Part shown: positions 1 to 12,493 of the stretch, piece by piece | Layout: every line of letters starts with the position of its first letter | Numbering within the stretch: the first letter of the stretch is position 1 | Assembly (NCBI GenBank): GCA_964304625.1 | Contig: OZ199838.1 | Location: 8,885,337-8,949,336, forward strand | Origin: Kudoa neothunni | Taxonomy: Eukaryota; Animalia; Cnidaria | Length of the DNA: 64,000 nucleotides | Direction: 5' to 3' | Position numbers and translations under genes: made by a program | The notes under the pieces: generated by a model | What the model was told of the DNA's origin: nothing | What the model saw: only the letters and a program-made list of their open reading frames with translations | Databases searched by the model: none

Positions 1-633
1 AAAACTCTCCCATTCTCATCCACGCCTCAAACTATCCATATGCTTTGATTTTCTAGGATTCTCCCTACTCCGAATTTTCTTTTGCATATTTGACTCTCGT
101 CAATCTGCACCATTATTCCAGAGCCACCAATTTTTATTGGATTCCTAATAAAGTAATTTAAGAAAATATCTCGCATGAAGTTTTTCCAATCAACAGCGGT
201 TGCAGTAGATTTAATGCCACATTCTTCCTTCAAAAATTCTTGATTGCAAGCTCCTTTGCTCCAAAAATATATTATTTTCAATATTTTATATAATGGTAGT
301 TTTGGCTGGTAAAAAAATGACCCGAATCTAATTGATTTTTCTTTTTGGCATATTTTAATGTAGCATCTAAAGCTAAATCCATCGGCACTTTTTTTTCTAG
401 GAGTAAGTTTCATTGTAGCGCTACAATCACAGACTCTCCTTCTCGGGAGAAGATATATATTTTGTAAAAAATCTATTAAATCAGTCTGATTATTTTTGAA
501 ATAACAAATATCCTCAAACGTGAGGTTGCTTAAATCCTCGGCAGTATAAATGTCAAGTAACATTATTCGAGAATCGCCGAATGTGTCTACCCGAATTTCC
601 CCGACGGTCGTGGACATTTTAAACTTTAACCCC
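1..633 (-). mobile_element. Merlin (IS1595/ISXO2-like) transposon, pseudogenised, truncated by the window edge
   Basis: ORF 27..695 has the C-x-C...C-xx-C zinc ribbon and IGGSGIMVQIDESQICKRKFGVGR motif. The TGA at 27-29 is premature, since the frame continues GVDENGRV. A putative GG-starting terminus lies at about 633; the other end is not visible. Confidence 0.85.
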
Positions 634-1283
634 ACTGTTTGAAGATACATCTTATATCTTTTATATGTCTGTACATTTAAAATAGATGTGTTCATTTGGA
701 TGTGTGCTTAAATACACTCCTTATTTTTGGAACTTTTAATATATTTGGCTTGATAAGTACGCTTTAAAAGTTCTATAGGTGGCATCTAATATACCAAAAA
801 TATGCCAATTTGCTAAATTAATGAAGAATTAGAAGTGTATGTTGTAATCAGATGGATTCAATCCTTACATTCTGAAGCTAGGTCCTCAAATTTCATTATA
901 TCGACCGTTGGACTTAATTTTAAGCGATAAGAGTTAACTTATGGTTCGAAATCTTACTTTATCTAATTATTTAACATATTTTTGTTTATATTAAGAGGCT
1001 ACACAACAGTTTTGAGGAGAGAGTGTATAAAATGTGTTGGATCAAGATATTAATTTGAGCAATAAAAATTAATTATCGTAAGTTATCGAGTCGTCGAGTT
1101 ATCCAAGTTTTTCTACTTACATTAGCTCTCTAAAATGATCACAATTTTTTACTATGCCCATCACAGTCGTTACAATTATGATATATAAAAAAGATTTATT
1201 TAATCTCTCCTCAGGGATAATCAATAGGGTCTTATATTTCTTTACTTTTTGACCGTATTCTTCTATGTTGAAATTTTCTCAAT

Positions 1284-1312
1284 CCCGTGCGAAGCTGGGC
1301 AGTTCGCGCTAG
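1284..1312 (+). mobile_element. Helitron 3' terminus (hairpin + CTAG)
   Basis: CCCGTGCGAAGCTGGG hairpin, then 9 nt, then CTAG|T. It truncates the adjacent Tc1/IS630 frame inside an Asp codon (GA|T), matching the Helitron A^T target rule. Confidence 0.7.
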
Positions 1313-2400
1313 TCTCGAATGAAGCAAGGATCTTCTACCCCACTCGTTTGACATAAACTTGAAAGTTCTATAAGAAAAGCTTTAAAGTCCTCCCCATTGA
1401 CTGACCGATGTTTAATTTTATGAAAAATCATCCTGTCCTTATTAATGCACGCTATTATTGATATATTCCTTGATCTAACACTGGGAACAGAAATATATGC
1501 AGATGTACCCGCGAGGGAACGACCAAACCTTGTCCTACTTGAGAAACTGAATCCAATTTCGTCAACAAAGACAAAGTTTTTCCCCTCAATCTCAAGTCGT
1601 TTTGCATTAAACTTTTGAACGTATGCAAGATGTTGGGTATCGTGACCAACAGTACGATATCCGTCGAAAAACCATAAACGATTTAAAGGGAACCAGAATT
1701 ATCAGGCGGACCTACTCCTATTGCCAATATGTGAGTAATGCGGTTAACCATAAAACGGTACAACTCAAACCTGAGTAAAATTCACACAGGAATACCCAGA
1801 GGTGAATGTACACATGTTCAGCAATCGGGTGTAGGGTCCATCTCACGAATTCGTTACTTTGGCCCAGCATTGAATCAGTTTTTGGCACCCCTCACCACAT
1901 ATAACGTTACTTTTTACAAAAATTTGCATATTCTTTTTTTCGAGTCTTCTTCATTTGTTTCTTTCTGCTGCGTGTACACGAGGATACAGCACAAGAAGTT
2001 GGTCCAAGGTGCTATCATGATTCTCCTTTGCGGAACAATTGTTATTGTTTTCAGCGAGTAATGGAATTCGCCTAAACACCTATTAATAGTACTCACGCTA
2101 ACATTCACACCACATTCGTCCATCAGCTTTTTGCGCAATGCTTTCAGGGTAATCGTGGTTTCTTCGTCTACCCAACTTCTTACCATTGACTTTTGATTGT
2201 CACTAAGTTTTGTGGAATAATCTCCATCTTGTTTCTTAGATTCAACTTTCCCCTTAATTAGACTTGAAGAAACAATTGTGGCGACCGCGGTTCTTTTAAG
2301 TCCTACATTCTCAGCAATAAGCGATTTACTGTATCCTCTTTTGCTTCGCTTAATTATCATTCGCCTTGTATCGTTTGATATTGTTTGCCTTTTATTTCCT
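1313..2400 (-). pseudogene. Tc1/mariner-IS630-like transposase, interrupted by a solo LTR and truncated by a Helitron end
   Basis: HTH part in ORF 1914..2360 (IAENVGLKRTAVATIV...VSVSTINRCL..YSLK). Manual translation of about 1625->1313 gives NFVFVDEIGFSFSSRTRFGRSLAGTSAYISVPSVRSRNISIIACI...DPCFI(R)D, a DDE_3-like core. Confidence 0.85.
1631..1991. mobile_element. Solo LTR (361 bp)
   Basis: Begins TGTTG, ends CAGCA, with perfect 5-bp TSD CAAGA (1626-1630 and 1992-1996). Removing it restores the Tc1 frame DQLLAYVQKF. Confidence 0.75.
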
Positions 2401-2850
2401 CGAGTAGGAGGTATTATTTGATAATCGTTTGTGTTATCTTAGAGTTCAATCAACTAGATATTATCAAATAATTTTAATTATTTAACCATTCATTATGTAT
2501 TTAATAATATTAAGGGCGACAGGATGTATCAGTAACCCACATGTCGTTAAAGCTCGAAAAACCCTATAAATCTAAACTTTGATAATAAAACGTCGACTAC
2601 GCAATACCAAAGCACACTGCATTGTTGGTTCTACAGTAATGAACAAAAAACATACATTAAATTCTAATTTTAGGGCTAATTATAAACGTTTATTCCAACA
2701 AAAATTATAAGATTATACATTTTTATTTTCAATTTTATTCTAGGGGAAATAGGATTAATAAATTTGGCTGCAACGTTAACACAAAAGAAACTAACAGATA
2801 ATAATAAGTTTGTTCTTTTTATAGTAAGGCAAAATAATATTTTTATTGTG

Positions 2851-3828
2851 TTAACAATGTGCATGAAGGCTTGGGTTTATTTGGGTTGATGATGCAATAG
2901 GATTGTTTATTTGACGGGCATCAGATGGATAGGATTCGATGGGTTGAATCAATTTTTTTGAGAAACATATGAATATCAGCACAGTTAGGAACAGATAAAA
3001 CTGGTATATATTGTGGATAATACCATTCATTATTTCATTATCCCGTTCAAAATTGTGCTCACCATTTTTTAACAAAAGATAGATGTTAACAATATACATC
3101 GGCGATCCAAACATAAAGTAGCATAGTAGCACGGCGACAACAAGCTTCAAAACAACAATGCAGTGATTGGTTACTACAAATTCATATCTTAATAAATTAA
3201 ATGAGGAGTCAGTGTTGATTTGGGTCGAAAAATTTGGTTTGTTTTTCTTCAAATAAGAGAACATTTGAAAGCAACAGTGCAACATTATAGCCAAGAAAGT
3301 AGCATTAACAATTATTATAATAGTAACAGCAGGTATAGGGTTTAGCCACGTAGCTATGGTACAAGTGGATTCGATATAACTGGGGTGGCCGATTTCAATT
3401 TTATCCCATGCAATTTGACCAGAAATCAATGCCACATTCGACGCAGCAATAGCAATGAAAAGTATCGCACATTTCATCTTCCTCACATAAGTTACATAGA
3501 AGTGTGGACTCAAGCATATTTCAACATAACGTTCGACTGTAAATAATAGTACCAATGATATGCCATACATACCAAAAAATAGCATGGTTCCAACTCTAAC
3601 GGCACAGTAAGTTCGATTGTTCACTTCATTGTTGAGCCCAGAATAAAATAAGACAATGTAAATCGAAAATAATGCGTTATTAATAAATAACAACAAACAT
3701 ATTTTCGAAGTAATTGACTGCAAGCTAGCTCTTTTTATAAGAATATATGCCGAAACGGATGTGCAACAAATGTTAGCTATAGATAACAACAGACTTATCG
3801 TGAAATTTATTATTTTGGCTGTATGCAT
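2851..3828 (-). CDS. Divergent rhodopsin-like (class A) 7TM GPCR, single coding exon
   Basis: Seven hydrophobic segments, TM3 VERYVEIC, Cys at top of TM3 and in ECL2, TM6 CYFMFGSP. ATG at 3828 (the ORF track starts at an upstream TTG). Confidence 0.85.
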   Translation of the reverse strand: MHTAKIINFTISLLLSIANICCTSVSAYILIKRASLQSITSKICLLLFINNALFSIYIVLFYSGLNNEVNNRTYCAVRVGTMLFFGMYGISLVLLFTVERYVEICLSPHFYVTYVRKMKCAILFIAIAASNVALISGQIAWDKIEIGHPSYIESTCTIATWLNPIPAVTIIIIVNATFLAIMLHCCFQMFSYLKKNKPNFSTQINTDSSFNLLRYEFVVTNHCIVVLKLVVAVLLCYFMFGSPMYIVNIYLLLKNGEHNFERDNEIMNGIIHNIYQFYLFLTVLIFICFSKKLIQPIESYPSDARQINNPIASSTQINPSLHAHC

Positions 3829-5083
3829 GGCCAAGCCAAAGTATTTCTGATTCGATTATTGTAAAACCCTTTAATACGTTGTACATCACACAACACATCA
3901 CGTCGAGGTGGACAATATTAAATAAATCAACGAGATGAATATTTGTTCTTATCGACAATTAGAAATTATCATTCTTAAGCGATTTTATTAAATAAATTTA
4001 ATGTGTATTTTAACGTACAATAAATTATTTGTCAATAATTATATTTTTAGAATTATTAATCATGAGTATATTAGAATAATGTACTCTTGTACTTCAGTGT
4101 TAATTTAATCAGGTGTCGTGCTTATCCTTTGTTTTTAAAGTATTAGGGAGTGTCTAACTTAACCATGCAAATTAAATACTTCATGTGCAGTTTTGACCAA
4201 AGTTAATTATTTATTACTCAACTGATCGTGGTGAGGGTTCAAAAAAATTAAATTAACAGACTATATCAAATAAAGTGTGTATGTAATTTATATATAGGAG
4301 TTTTGACAATTACTTATTGAAAATGTGCAAACAAGAAATAGTATTAAAGATTAAACTTAGAGGATAAATGGTCATAACCAAATTATTAATCTCTGGTATA
4401 GTTTAAATCATCCAAATAAAAAATGTTTTTTCTTCATAATAATTAAGTTGAAACTACAATGTCAATTAAATTTTTACAATGTTAATTTAGCTACTTAATA
4501 TCTTACACAACAATGGATCGGTCGAACGTAATCCTCTTGGGGATGGGGAAATGGTAGGTATTACCTGTCCCAGCCGGGAGGTAATTACTTTATTGCGTAT
4601 GCGCACAAACATACTAAATAGGGGTCGCCAAATTTTTGATTTTCATAAGCTTCGGGTGCCGGACTAAAAGATTTTGTTCGAAAAACAGTTATAAAAATGA
4701 AACGAAAATAATACAAATGTAAAAAAATAATGAATTTGTATTTAAATGTGAATATGAATATGAAACAGGAAACTGATTCTTATGGCAGGATTTAGTATAT
4801 TTCAGTTTTGAGGTCCCCAATGGGAGTACGAACTATCCATTGTCTACTATATAATTCAAAAAATAGCAGTGCTGGTTATAATTAAGAATTACAATTTTTA
4901 AGCATTGAATTCATAGCTTATTTATTTGAGCATAATAAAAAGTTGTGTAGATGTTAATAAGGTGCCCATTTGTACGTTTTAATTTTTTTTATTATTTCTT
5001 TATTAACACTCTAAGGCAGGGGTTCTCACCCGTTTTTTCATATTTCCTCCCTTAATTTGGAAACGAATCCATATTTACTTTAA

Positions 5084-8000
5084 GGAAGTGTCTATTGGCC
5101 CGAACAAATTGTTTTTACCTATTTAGGGGATTCTTTTTTAATTGTAATGAGTCAAAAAATTATTAAAATGGATTATATATTAATGTGAACAAAATAAAAG
5201 AATTTTGTCCTTAGGAATCTGTGATATAAGGCGTTACTTAGGAAGGACCCATCCTCATCATTATTGTACTTTATCGCTGTAAATGCTCTATTTTCCATCA
5301 TAAACTTGTTTAACATTTGAATGAAATGTTTTTATGATTTTTGATCAGTAAGAAATTTATTCGTTCCACGTATTGTGCAATAATAATTTTCTGATATGAT
5401 ATATCCGTGTTATATTCATAGTTTTAAATGAATTCACTGTTGTAATCATGTTATTTGCTATTTTCAATATTTTCGAATTGATTTCATCCACATAAATGAT
5501 TGTTGTAAACCCAAAACTCCAAATGGCGTCAAACTCCGATTGTTATTTTTGATATCGATGTAAAATCACTCAATTTAAGTATATGCTGTAAGTATGATTT
5601 TCTTTTTGAAAATGAATCCAATTTATCGATTTATACCTTATTTAACGCCATCTGATCATGACACTTAGCATACTCCCTTATATTGACTTTGTATATAAAC
5701 TGAATTTCGACGATACTAGTTGAAATTTAATGTTCTCAATAAAAATATATAGTTGTTATTATCCACTATAACAATTTTATTCATATTTGGAACATTATTT
5801 TCAACATTTAAACATATAATTTTTTATTGGTGATTTTATTCAAAAAATGTTGGACAGACTTTTTTCACCAAGCCATGCATCACACAGATGTTCCCATGAA
5901 TTCTACTACATGACTATGACTATATTGAATTTTGAAAAAAAAATCATTTTAAATCGTTGTAACATAAATTCCATCTTATGGATTTGTAAAATACATATTC
6001 ACGATCGTATCAGATGTATCTAAATAGCATATGAATTAAAACGGAAACTTTTTTATCATAATTTCTCTTACACTCATTTTTTTGATTTACAGTTCATGCA
6101 ACTCCAATATTTTGACGATGGGCTCATTTTAATCTGTTGACATTTAAAATGGCTCCATTGAAGACATATGTCGCAGCCTATGGATTCATTGTTTTTAATA
6201 GTTTCTTTGCATACAGAACATCTGTAGCCAGTAGCTTTCTTCTGAGATATTATTGTTTTTATGTTAAATAGAGAATCTTTAGAAAAGTAGGGAAAGATTT
6301 GTTCAATATTAATTCTTGGGTCAAGGACGGCATCACTTACGTTACCAGAAAAAACCTCGACTTCATTTTCGTCGATAACTGTTCCGCCCCTCAATACTCC
6401 AACAGCTATCTTCTTATCAACAAACCAACAAAGCATTTCTAATAATTGTTAAAAATAAACAAAATGTATTTTAATTACTAGAAAGTTTTTGTTTTTCTGT
6501 TAGATTAAAAAACGATTTGGAAAATAAATTCGAACGTTTTAAACCAATCACCGTATTTGATGAACCCTTCGGACGACCTCTGCGTTTTATTTTTGAGGGT
6601 AAAACTAATCCTAATAATGCCAACTCAAACATGTCATAGAAAGAACTTTACCTGAAACTTTTTTGGCTTCAAGACAACATGTGGGCGATTTCTCATTATT
6701 ATATGATTGTCTATTGAGAGAATAATAATTACGATTTGATATGCATTTTACTTTGTTAGATTATGGTTTTCCCCCTGAGTTTCACTATCTACCTAATTTA
6801 TTTCAAATATTTAATAAGAAAAATACATGAAGGTTCTATCATAATTATATCTTCATTTGGTGCATTTAATATCTGGTCTGTAGGACATGTATCATCAATC
6901 TTTTCAATTCGAATTTTTTCATCATTTTCAACAAATTTAACTAATTTTCTTAATTCATTCATCCAATATTCATAATCAGATCCAGTTTTTTCTGAAATTC
7001 TTGCGGCTACATCTTTCATCAATTTAGTGGCTTCATTAAATTTTCTATGCTCTGAATAGACAGTAGTTTTTGGTAATGAATTTATAGCAATCAAACCATT
7101 CTCTGATGAACTATTATTTGTTTCATAAGCATCGGCTAGTTCAGAATTTTCAACAAAATACTCCCTTGTCCATCTCTTCAAGCACAAAAATTTATCAAAA
7201 AGAGAAAGATTTTGTTTTTTCCGCATGTAGAAAATGTGACGACATGGCAGTTCCATGCTAAGACGGAAGGGACAATTGCATTTCTCAGTAGTTGCCTCTG
7301 TATAATTATCCATCGAAGATTCGTCGTTTTGTACGTTTTGTGTGAACATAAATTGATCAAATTCTTCCAAAACTTTTTTATATGAGTATAGCGTTAAATA
7401 TTTGAAATAAATCAACATAGTTTCGTTTATTTCGCGTCGAGGAGTTTTAAGAGGCTCCTTAGCAGCTTTAGTATCCTTCTCCATTCTAGAACCTTCCAAA
7501 TAAATTACGAACATTTTTATAAATTCTTCAAAGGAAGAATAAAGAGGAATGACTTGTTTCACTTTTGAGTTGATACATTCAACCCGGTTATTGGTGAGGT
7601 TTCCAAACATCCCCTCATAGCTTCGAAGTCCTGTGACCCATTCGTGTTTGATAGGGTCCCAGTTGTTGGTGAAATATCGATAAACATTTTCACGAACGCT
7701 TTCCTTCAGGGCTTTTTTTTCTCTCGTTGTATTCATTTATATTTTTCGAGTAGGAAATTTTTTGTAAAATTTCAATGGCCAAATCTTTATCCTGTCTGCT
7801 AATATTCATTCGCTCGGTTTTAATTTCTCGGCCGAATGATTTCAGCACATGATATAAACATATGTGGAGACTGGAATTAGGAAATACTTGTTTTATAACT
7901 TTCCTCTCCACAATGTCTTTATCAGTCATGAATACCCTGGTTTTTGTTTCCATTGTTGGATTGTGCTTCTTCATCGTTTGAAGGAACCAAGAAAAAACTT

Positions 8001-9244
8001 CTTCGGTCTCCTCAACCAACACTCCAATTGCGACTACCTCAGTTGTTCCCCTAGCATCCATAACGGCGGCAAAATATACCGGGGCTCTGAAATTTAATAA
8101 TTTATATGTAGCATCCATAAAAATTATTTCAGGATATGCCTGAAGTGTTCTATTCATCTGCGAGTCTTGAAAAAATAAGCTCTTGAACTCATTGTCATTT
8201 TCTAATATCTCTATACATCTTCCTTTTTTATTAAAATTTTTAAAAAATTCCAGACTCTTTGTATGTGATTTAAAAGAGTACTTCATATTAGACAGTTTTT
8301 TCAACCAAACAAACTTTCCCTTTTCTTTTAATATTTTTTGTTGGATTACTTTGGAATTTCCGTTAACTTGGACGAACTGAGCGATAAGGTCACTTTCATC
8401 CTTTGATATTTTATTTCTATTATGCAAAAATTGTGATGAAAAGTTCATAGAATCAAGGTAATGAGATAAGTCAAGGGATTTAACACGAGTTTTTTTCCAT
8501 CAGCAGAGACTGAAAATTTTATTAAACATTTAAAGAAATTACGTTTTTTCCGCCATGAACACAACAATATTTTATATGATAATACTTAAGTATCGGATTT
8601 AATGTTTTATCACATCGCTTTTGGACTGTTTCGATGGTTTTAGAATCATATATGGATAAACTGCTCGTGAATTTTTGCTCGTATTCTTCTATTTTCAGCT
8701 TTAGTTCATCAAAACTGTTAAAAGTATTTCCAATTTGAACAATCATATTAAGTTTAGTCAAGCTCATTTCGTAGGCACGCGCGTAAGATTAAAACCAAAA
8801 TTTTCTTTTGTTATAATCAAATATCTTGAAATAAAACAACTCCATACTTTATGTTTTTTGTGTTCTTATGAAAAATCTTACATTTTTTTACAATAATTTT
8901 GTATTGCAACATTAAAGGATGAATCAATAGAATCAGCGCTCGTTACAATAAAATTAAAAGCTATTACAATTTAAAATTTTATTTAATTAGATAATAAAAT
9001 GTTTAAATTACAACTAAAAATATTCATTTGAAAAATAAGTAACTCATAAACTCAATATAATGAGTTTTTAGGGGCCATTTAGTTGAAACCTTATTACATT
9101 ATACAAAATATTTTGTCAGATATGCCCCGAAAATAAAATTAAGTAAACAATTACAAGTTGTTTTATATCAGACAACATAGATTTACTATAATAAAAAGCT
9201 CGATAATTAAATAAAACAATTTGTTCGGGCCAATAGACACTTCC
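5084..9244 (-). mobile_element. Mutator-like (MULE) element, ZSWIM3-like with C-terminal PHD, copy A
   Basis: 32-bp perfect TIR GGAAGTGTCTATTGGCCCGAACAAATTGTTTT at both ends. No matching TSD: the left flank is a hAT-like start and the right flank is piggyBac coding sequence. Confidence 0.9.
6074..8767 (-). pseudogene. Spliced MULE transposase: ZSWIM3-N-like domain, DDE core, SWIM finger, AT-hook, PHD finger (frameshifted)
   Basis: ORFs 8522-8767 (GNTFNSFDEL..YCCVHGG), 7690-8448 (FMDATYK, FMTDKD, CLYHV), 6798-7736 (TNNRVE, CNC..PCRH) and 6074-6436 (C4HC3 PHD). A short exon at about 6480-6610 encodes KRRGRPKG and is flanked by about 40-bp GT-AG introns. There is a frameshift at a T-run near 7715. 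Confidence 0.88.
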
Positions 9245-9808
9245 ATAAATAAATGTGGCCTCTTTCAATGCTATTGTGGTGTTTACACGGAGAATTCCCG
9301 ATTATTTTAAGAAGTGTAAAATATATAAAGGACAAAAATTTCTTATAGATTCGTCAATGCAATTGATTAAGTCATTACAAGACATACGTGTGGCCAATTC
9401 TAAAATATCTTTGTAGCCATGCGTAAAAAGATCATTAGAAATAGTTGGTTACAATTTTGACTACGCCAAAATTCATTCATCGATACAAATTGAACAAAAT
9501 ATAAGAAAGCGCTGTTCATCTGCCCAACCGGAAGCATCAGAAGAAATAAGCAATAATGCCATTCGCGTGAAAGCAGTGTTTGTATTGAAAACTCCGTAAA
9601 ATGTGTGACCTGCATTAAGTGTGATTTTATACCAAAGTCAAAAATTATTCTTATTCGAAGATTTTTTTGTTTTTATTGCATATTTGAGCAATTCAATACT
9701 TGATGTCGGATTTACTATTAATTCGCCATATGATCAATTTTAATCCTATGGGTTCCGGGAGCCCATGGTTACACTTAACTGGAGAGCCAGAAGGTGGTCC
9801 TCAAGGGA
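9245..9808 (+). mobile_element. piggyBac 3' remnant
   Basis: Manual translation INVASFNAIVVF...KFLIDSSMQLI...RKRC-ICP...C..VC..C..C matches the piggyBac C-terminal Cys-rich domain. It ends AAGGGA|TTAA at 9808-9812. Confidence 0.75.
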
Positions 9809-10222
9809 TTAATACCAAGACACCTCGACAGGTTGTGCGCACGCGACTGATAGCGTGATAAAACCACCATTTCCTTGTTTTCACGCCTTTTTATTCGTCC
9901 CCAAAAGATTAAAAAATATTTGTCACTTAATGCGTCTATATTAAAAAGATTTAGTCACATTTGGTATTTTTCATGCCAAAAAGTCACCTCAGAAAAATAA
10001 AAAGACTCCACGACTTTCAACGAATAATAACAAATAATAAAAAATATGATAAAATTTCTCATTTTCAAACTTTAAATTCTCTCTAACGCTTTAAATTAAT
10101 AGACTCGTATATATAAATGACAGTGACAATCTTCTTTACGCATTAATTAACGCTATACCATAATCCTCTAGAGGTGTTAATTTGTAAGTCGCATATTGTT
10201 GCCTGACGTGGCAGAGCCTAAC

Positions 10223-12260
10223 ATGGGGTTCGATAAATTTCTGTGCACTTGTGCGTATCGATTAATGATGGCGTGTTACTTGGTATCAACAACATGTGTG
10301 TGTTGGCTGGTGGTGATCTTTCATGTGTTGGATTTTGTGCCACGCTTGGCCTTTATATCATCTTATATCAAACAACATTCCGTGGAAATATTTCATTATA
10401 TAGATATGTTTTATATAAATTTGTTTAACTGGAGAAAAGTGAGTTTACGTTACGTTATATTAATCAGCAATCTTATGATCACGATAAATATTATGTTTGA
10501 CCATTGACTTGTATAGATATATATCTATGGTGACGAGCGCCTGAAAAATAGTTTCAAAACATCAAACAACATTTTCATTGTGAATCATCAATGCACATGT
10601 AATTGTAATGTGTACAGTGGTTATAAGTTGATTTTGGTTGTGCAGGTGACGTTCATGTGGTTTCTTGTTTGTGTTACTACACCAACCAAATGGTGAACAC
10701 GAGACCAATATTCAAAACCTCTCTAAAATATATTCCAATATGTGGTGCTGGAGTTGTGCTAGTATGGCGGTATTCACATAGTTGATTCAATAATGACCTT
10801 TATCTAGTGTAATTCAGTGGATATATGCCGAAACAATCGACAACGAGATATCAATTACCTGAAAAGTTAATAATTTAATATTATGTTTTGCGTTTATTTG
10901 GATTAGAACATCCCAAGAGGTTATTAAAAAGGGCGAAAAAGTATAACTTTAATTTATTTATATTCATACATCAATTAATTAATTATATTTGAATATTCAA
11001 AATTTAATTCAACTAAAAACTTAATTTTAATAGTTGTTATTGGCTCGTATTCGTATAAATTAAATCCTGAACGCCTTTTGAGCTGGCGCATGTTCGTTTT
11101 AAACGCTCGTTACTTCCATTTTATGTTACGTATTTGATTTTTTTGACGATCTGCTATCGCTAATTACTTTTGGTTTATATGAGCGTAACGACCGACCAAA
11201 AATAATTTACAGCGTTTATAGTCGAAAGTAGTAAAAAAAAGGATTAATTTGTATCGCGCCAATGGACACCTAAATCTTTATCAATAATGATGAATTGTAG
11301 GTCTTTAGATATATTTTAAACAATACTGTTAACTAAGTGATTCGAAATTGATTTGGATGTTTAGTTCAGTTTTATGTTATTCCCAGAAGGGACACGGTTC
11401 AAAAGAAGTCATTTACATAGGATTAAGTCGTCTAATAAATTCTGTGAAGAAAATGGTATATCGTGTGAGATTATATTTTTTCATTGTTTTTAGGAATTGA
11501 TAAATATAAGTTTCTTCTTGCTCCAGCATCTGAATGGATTGAAAGTAATAGGAAATTAGATTTAACACAAATAACCTCTCGCTAGATACTGATGGAAGTG
11601 CTACAAGAAAAACTTGATGAAATTTACGACATTACCATTGTTGCGTTTGACAGATCGCAAAAGAAACATATTAACGGATGTCTTCATTATCCAAGTACGA
11701 GTTATTTGAATCGGAAAAAATTTTGTGTTGAGCATAGAATTCAGATTTTTTATCTTTTTTCATGTTATCGATCAATTAATTAATTCATTCAATTAGGTGT
11801 ATTTCTTGATGAGAATATTGAATTCCATGTGTGGATGAGAGTTTTAACGGCAAATAAAATCAAAGTAGTCTATTTTGGTTTGACTGAAAACTTGACCAAC
11901 TAATTTGTTAGAGTCTCAGTAAGGACTGTTCCTTTCTTTTGGAATGGTTTAGAGAGAAGGACAAGTATATCTACCTATTATTGTCTGATTGAGATGCTTC
12001 TTATAGATTTATTGAGCAATTTGAGGATGAGAATTATATTGAAAATTTGAAACAAAAATCTTTCCATATCTTTCAATAGGAAACTAAATCTTCCGGTGGT
12101 AATGAGCTCGCTTTGCATGTTTAGTGGGCCGATCTTGATCACAATTTTACTCTGTACACTTGGCTTTAAGATAACTTGCTCACTTTGGATGATATCATCA
12201 CTTCTTGGTTACTTTTATCTCTATATACATGAAAACAGTATCCTTAACTCTAGATCTTAA
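10223..12260 (+). CDS. AGPAT5: 1-acylglycerol-3-phosphate acyltransferase, AGPAT5/LCLAT1 family, multi-exon
   Basis: Spliced motifs IYG..NIFIVNHQCT/CD, LKYIP, FMLFPEGTRF, FLLAP, LDEIYDITIV, and a C-terminal double-TM tail ending at TAA 12258-12260. One apparent frame inconsistency near 11525. Confidence 0.8.
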
Positions 12261-12493
12261 CTCTCCCAAATGTTCGTTTCAATCTCAAACTATCTGGCAA
12301 TTTTTGTTTGATCTTGTTTTTAGTTAAAAATAAAAAAAATTAAATGCGCTGCCTTGAGTTGCGATTCAAACACCGGCTTGTGACAATACACTCAGATGAA
12401 TTTTTTACTGACCATTAACTTGTTCTCTCAGATTCGTCGGTTATTAAATTTTTTAACTATTTGATTTAAAAGTTGCTTTGTTCTATCATCGTA

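Noticed and set aside
27-29. TGA read-through or alternative genetic code
   Set aside because: In-frame stops occur only in decayed transposons; GTF2E2 uses TGA as a normal stop.
1738-2061. ORF with IHTGIPRG as a LINE reverse transcriptase (GVPQG-like)
   Set aside because: No other RT motifs; it lies inside a TG..CA solo LTR with a 5-bp TSD.
2851-3828. GPCRs as opsins
   Set aside because: The position equivalent to the retinal-binding Lys296 in TM7 is Gln in both paralogs.
12345-12390. tRNA or tRNA-derived SINE (B-box-like GTTTGAATC); similar motifs near 43965 and 53460
   Set aside because: No cloverleaf or correctly spaced A-box could be built.
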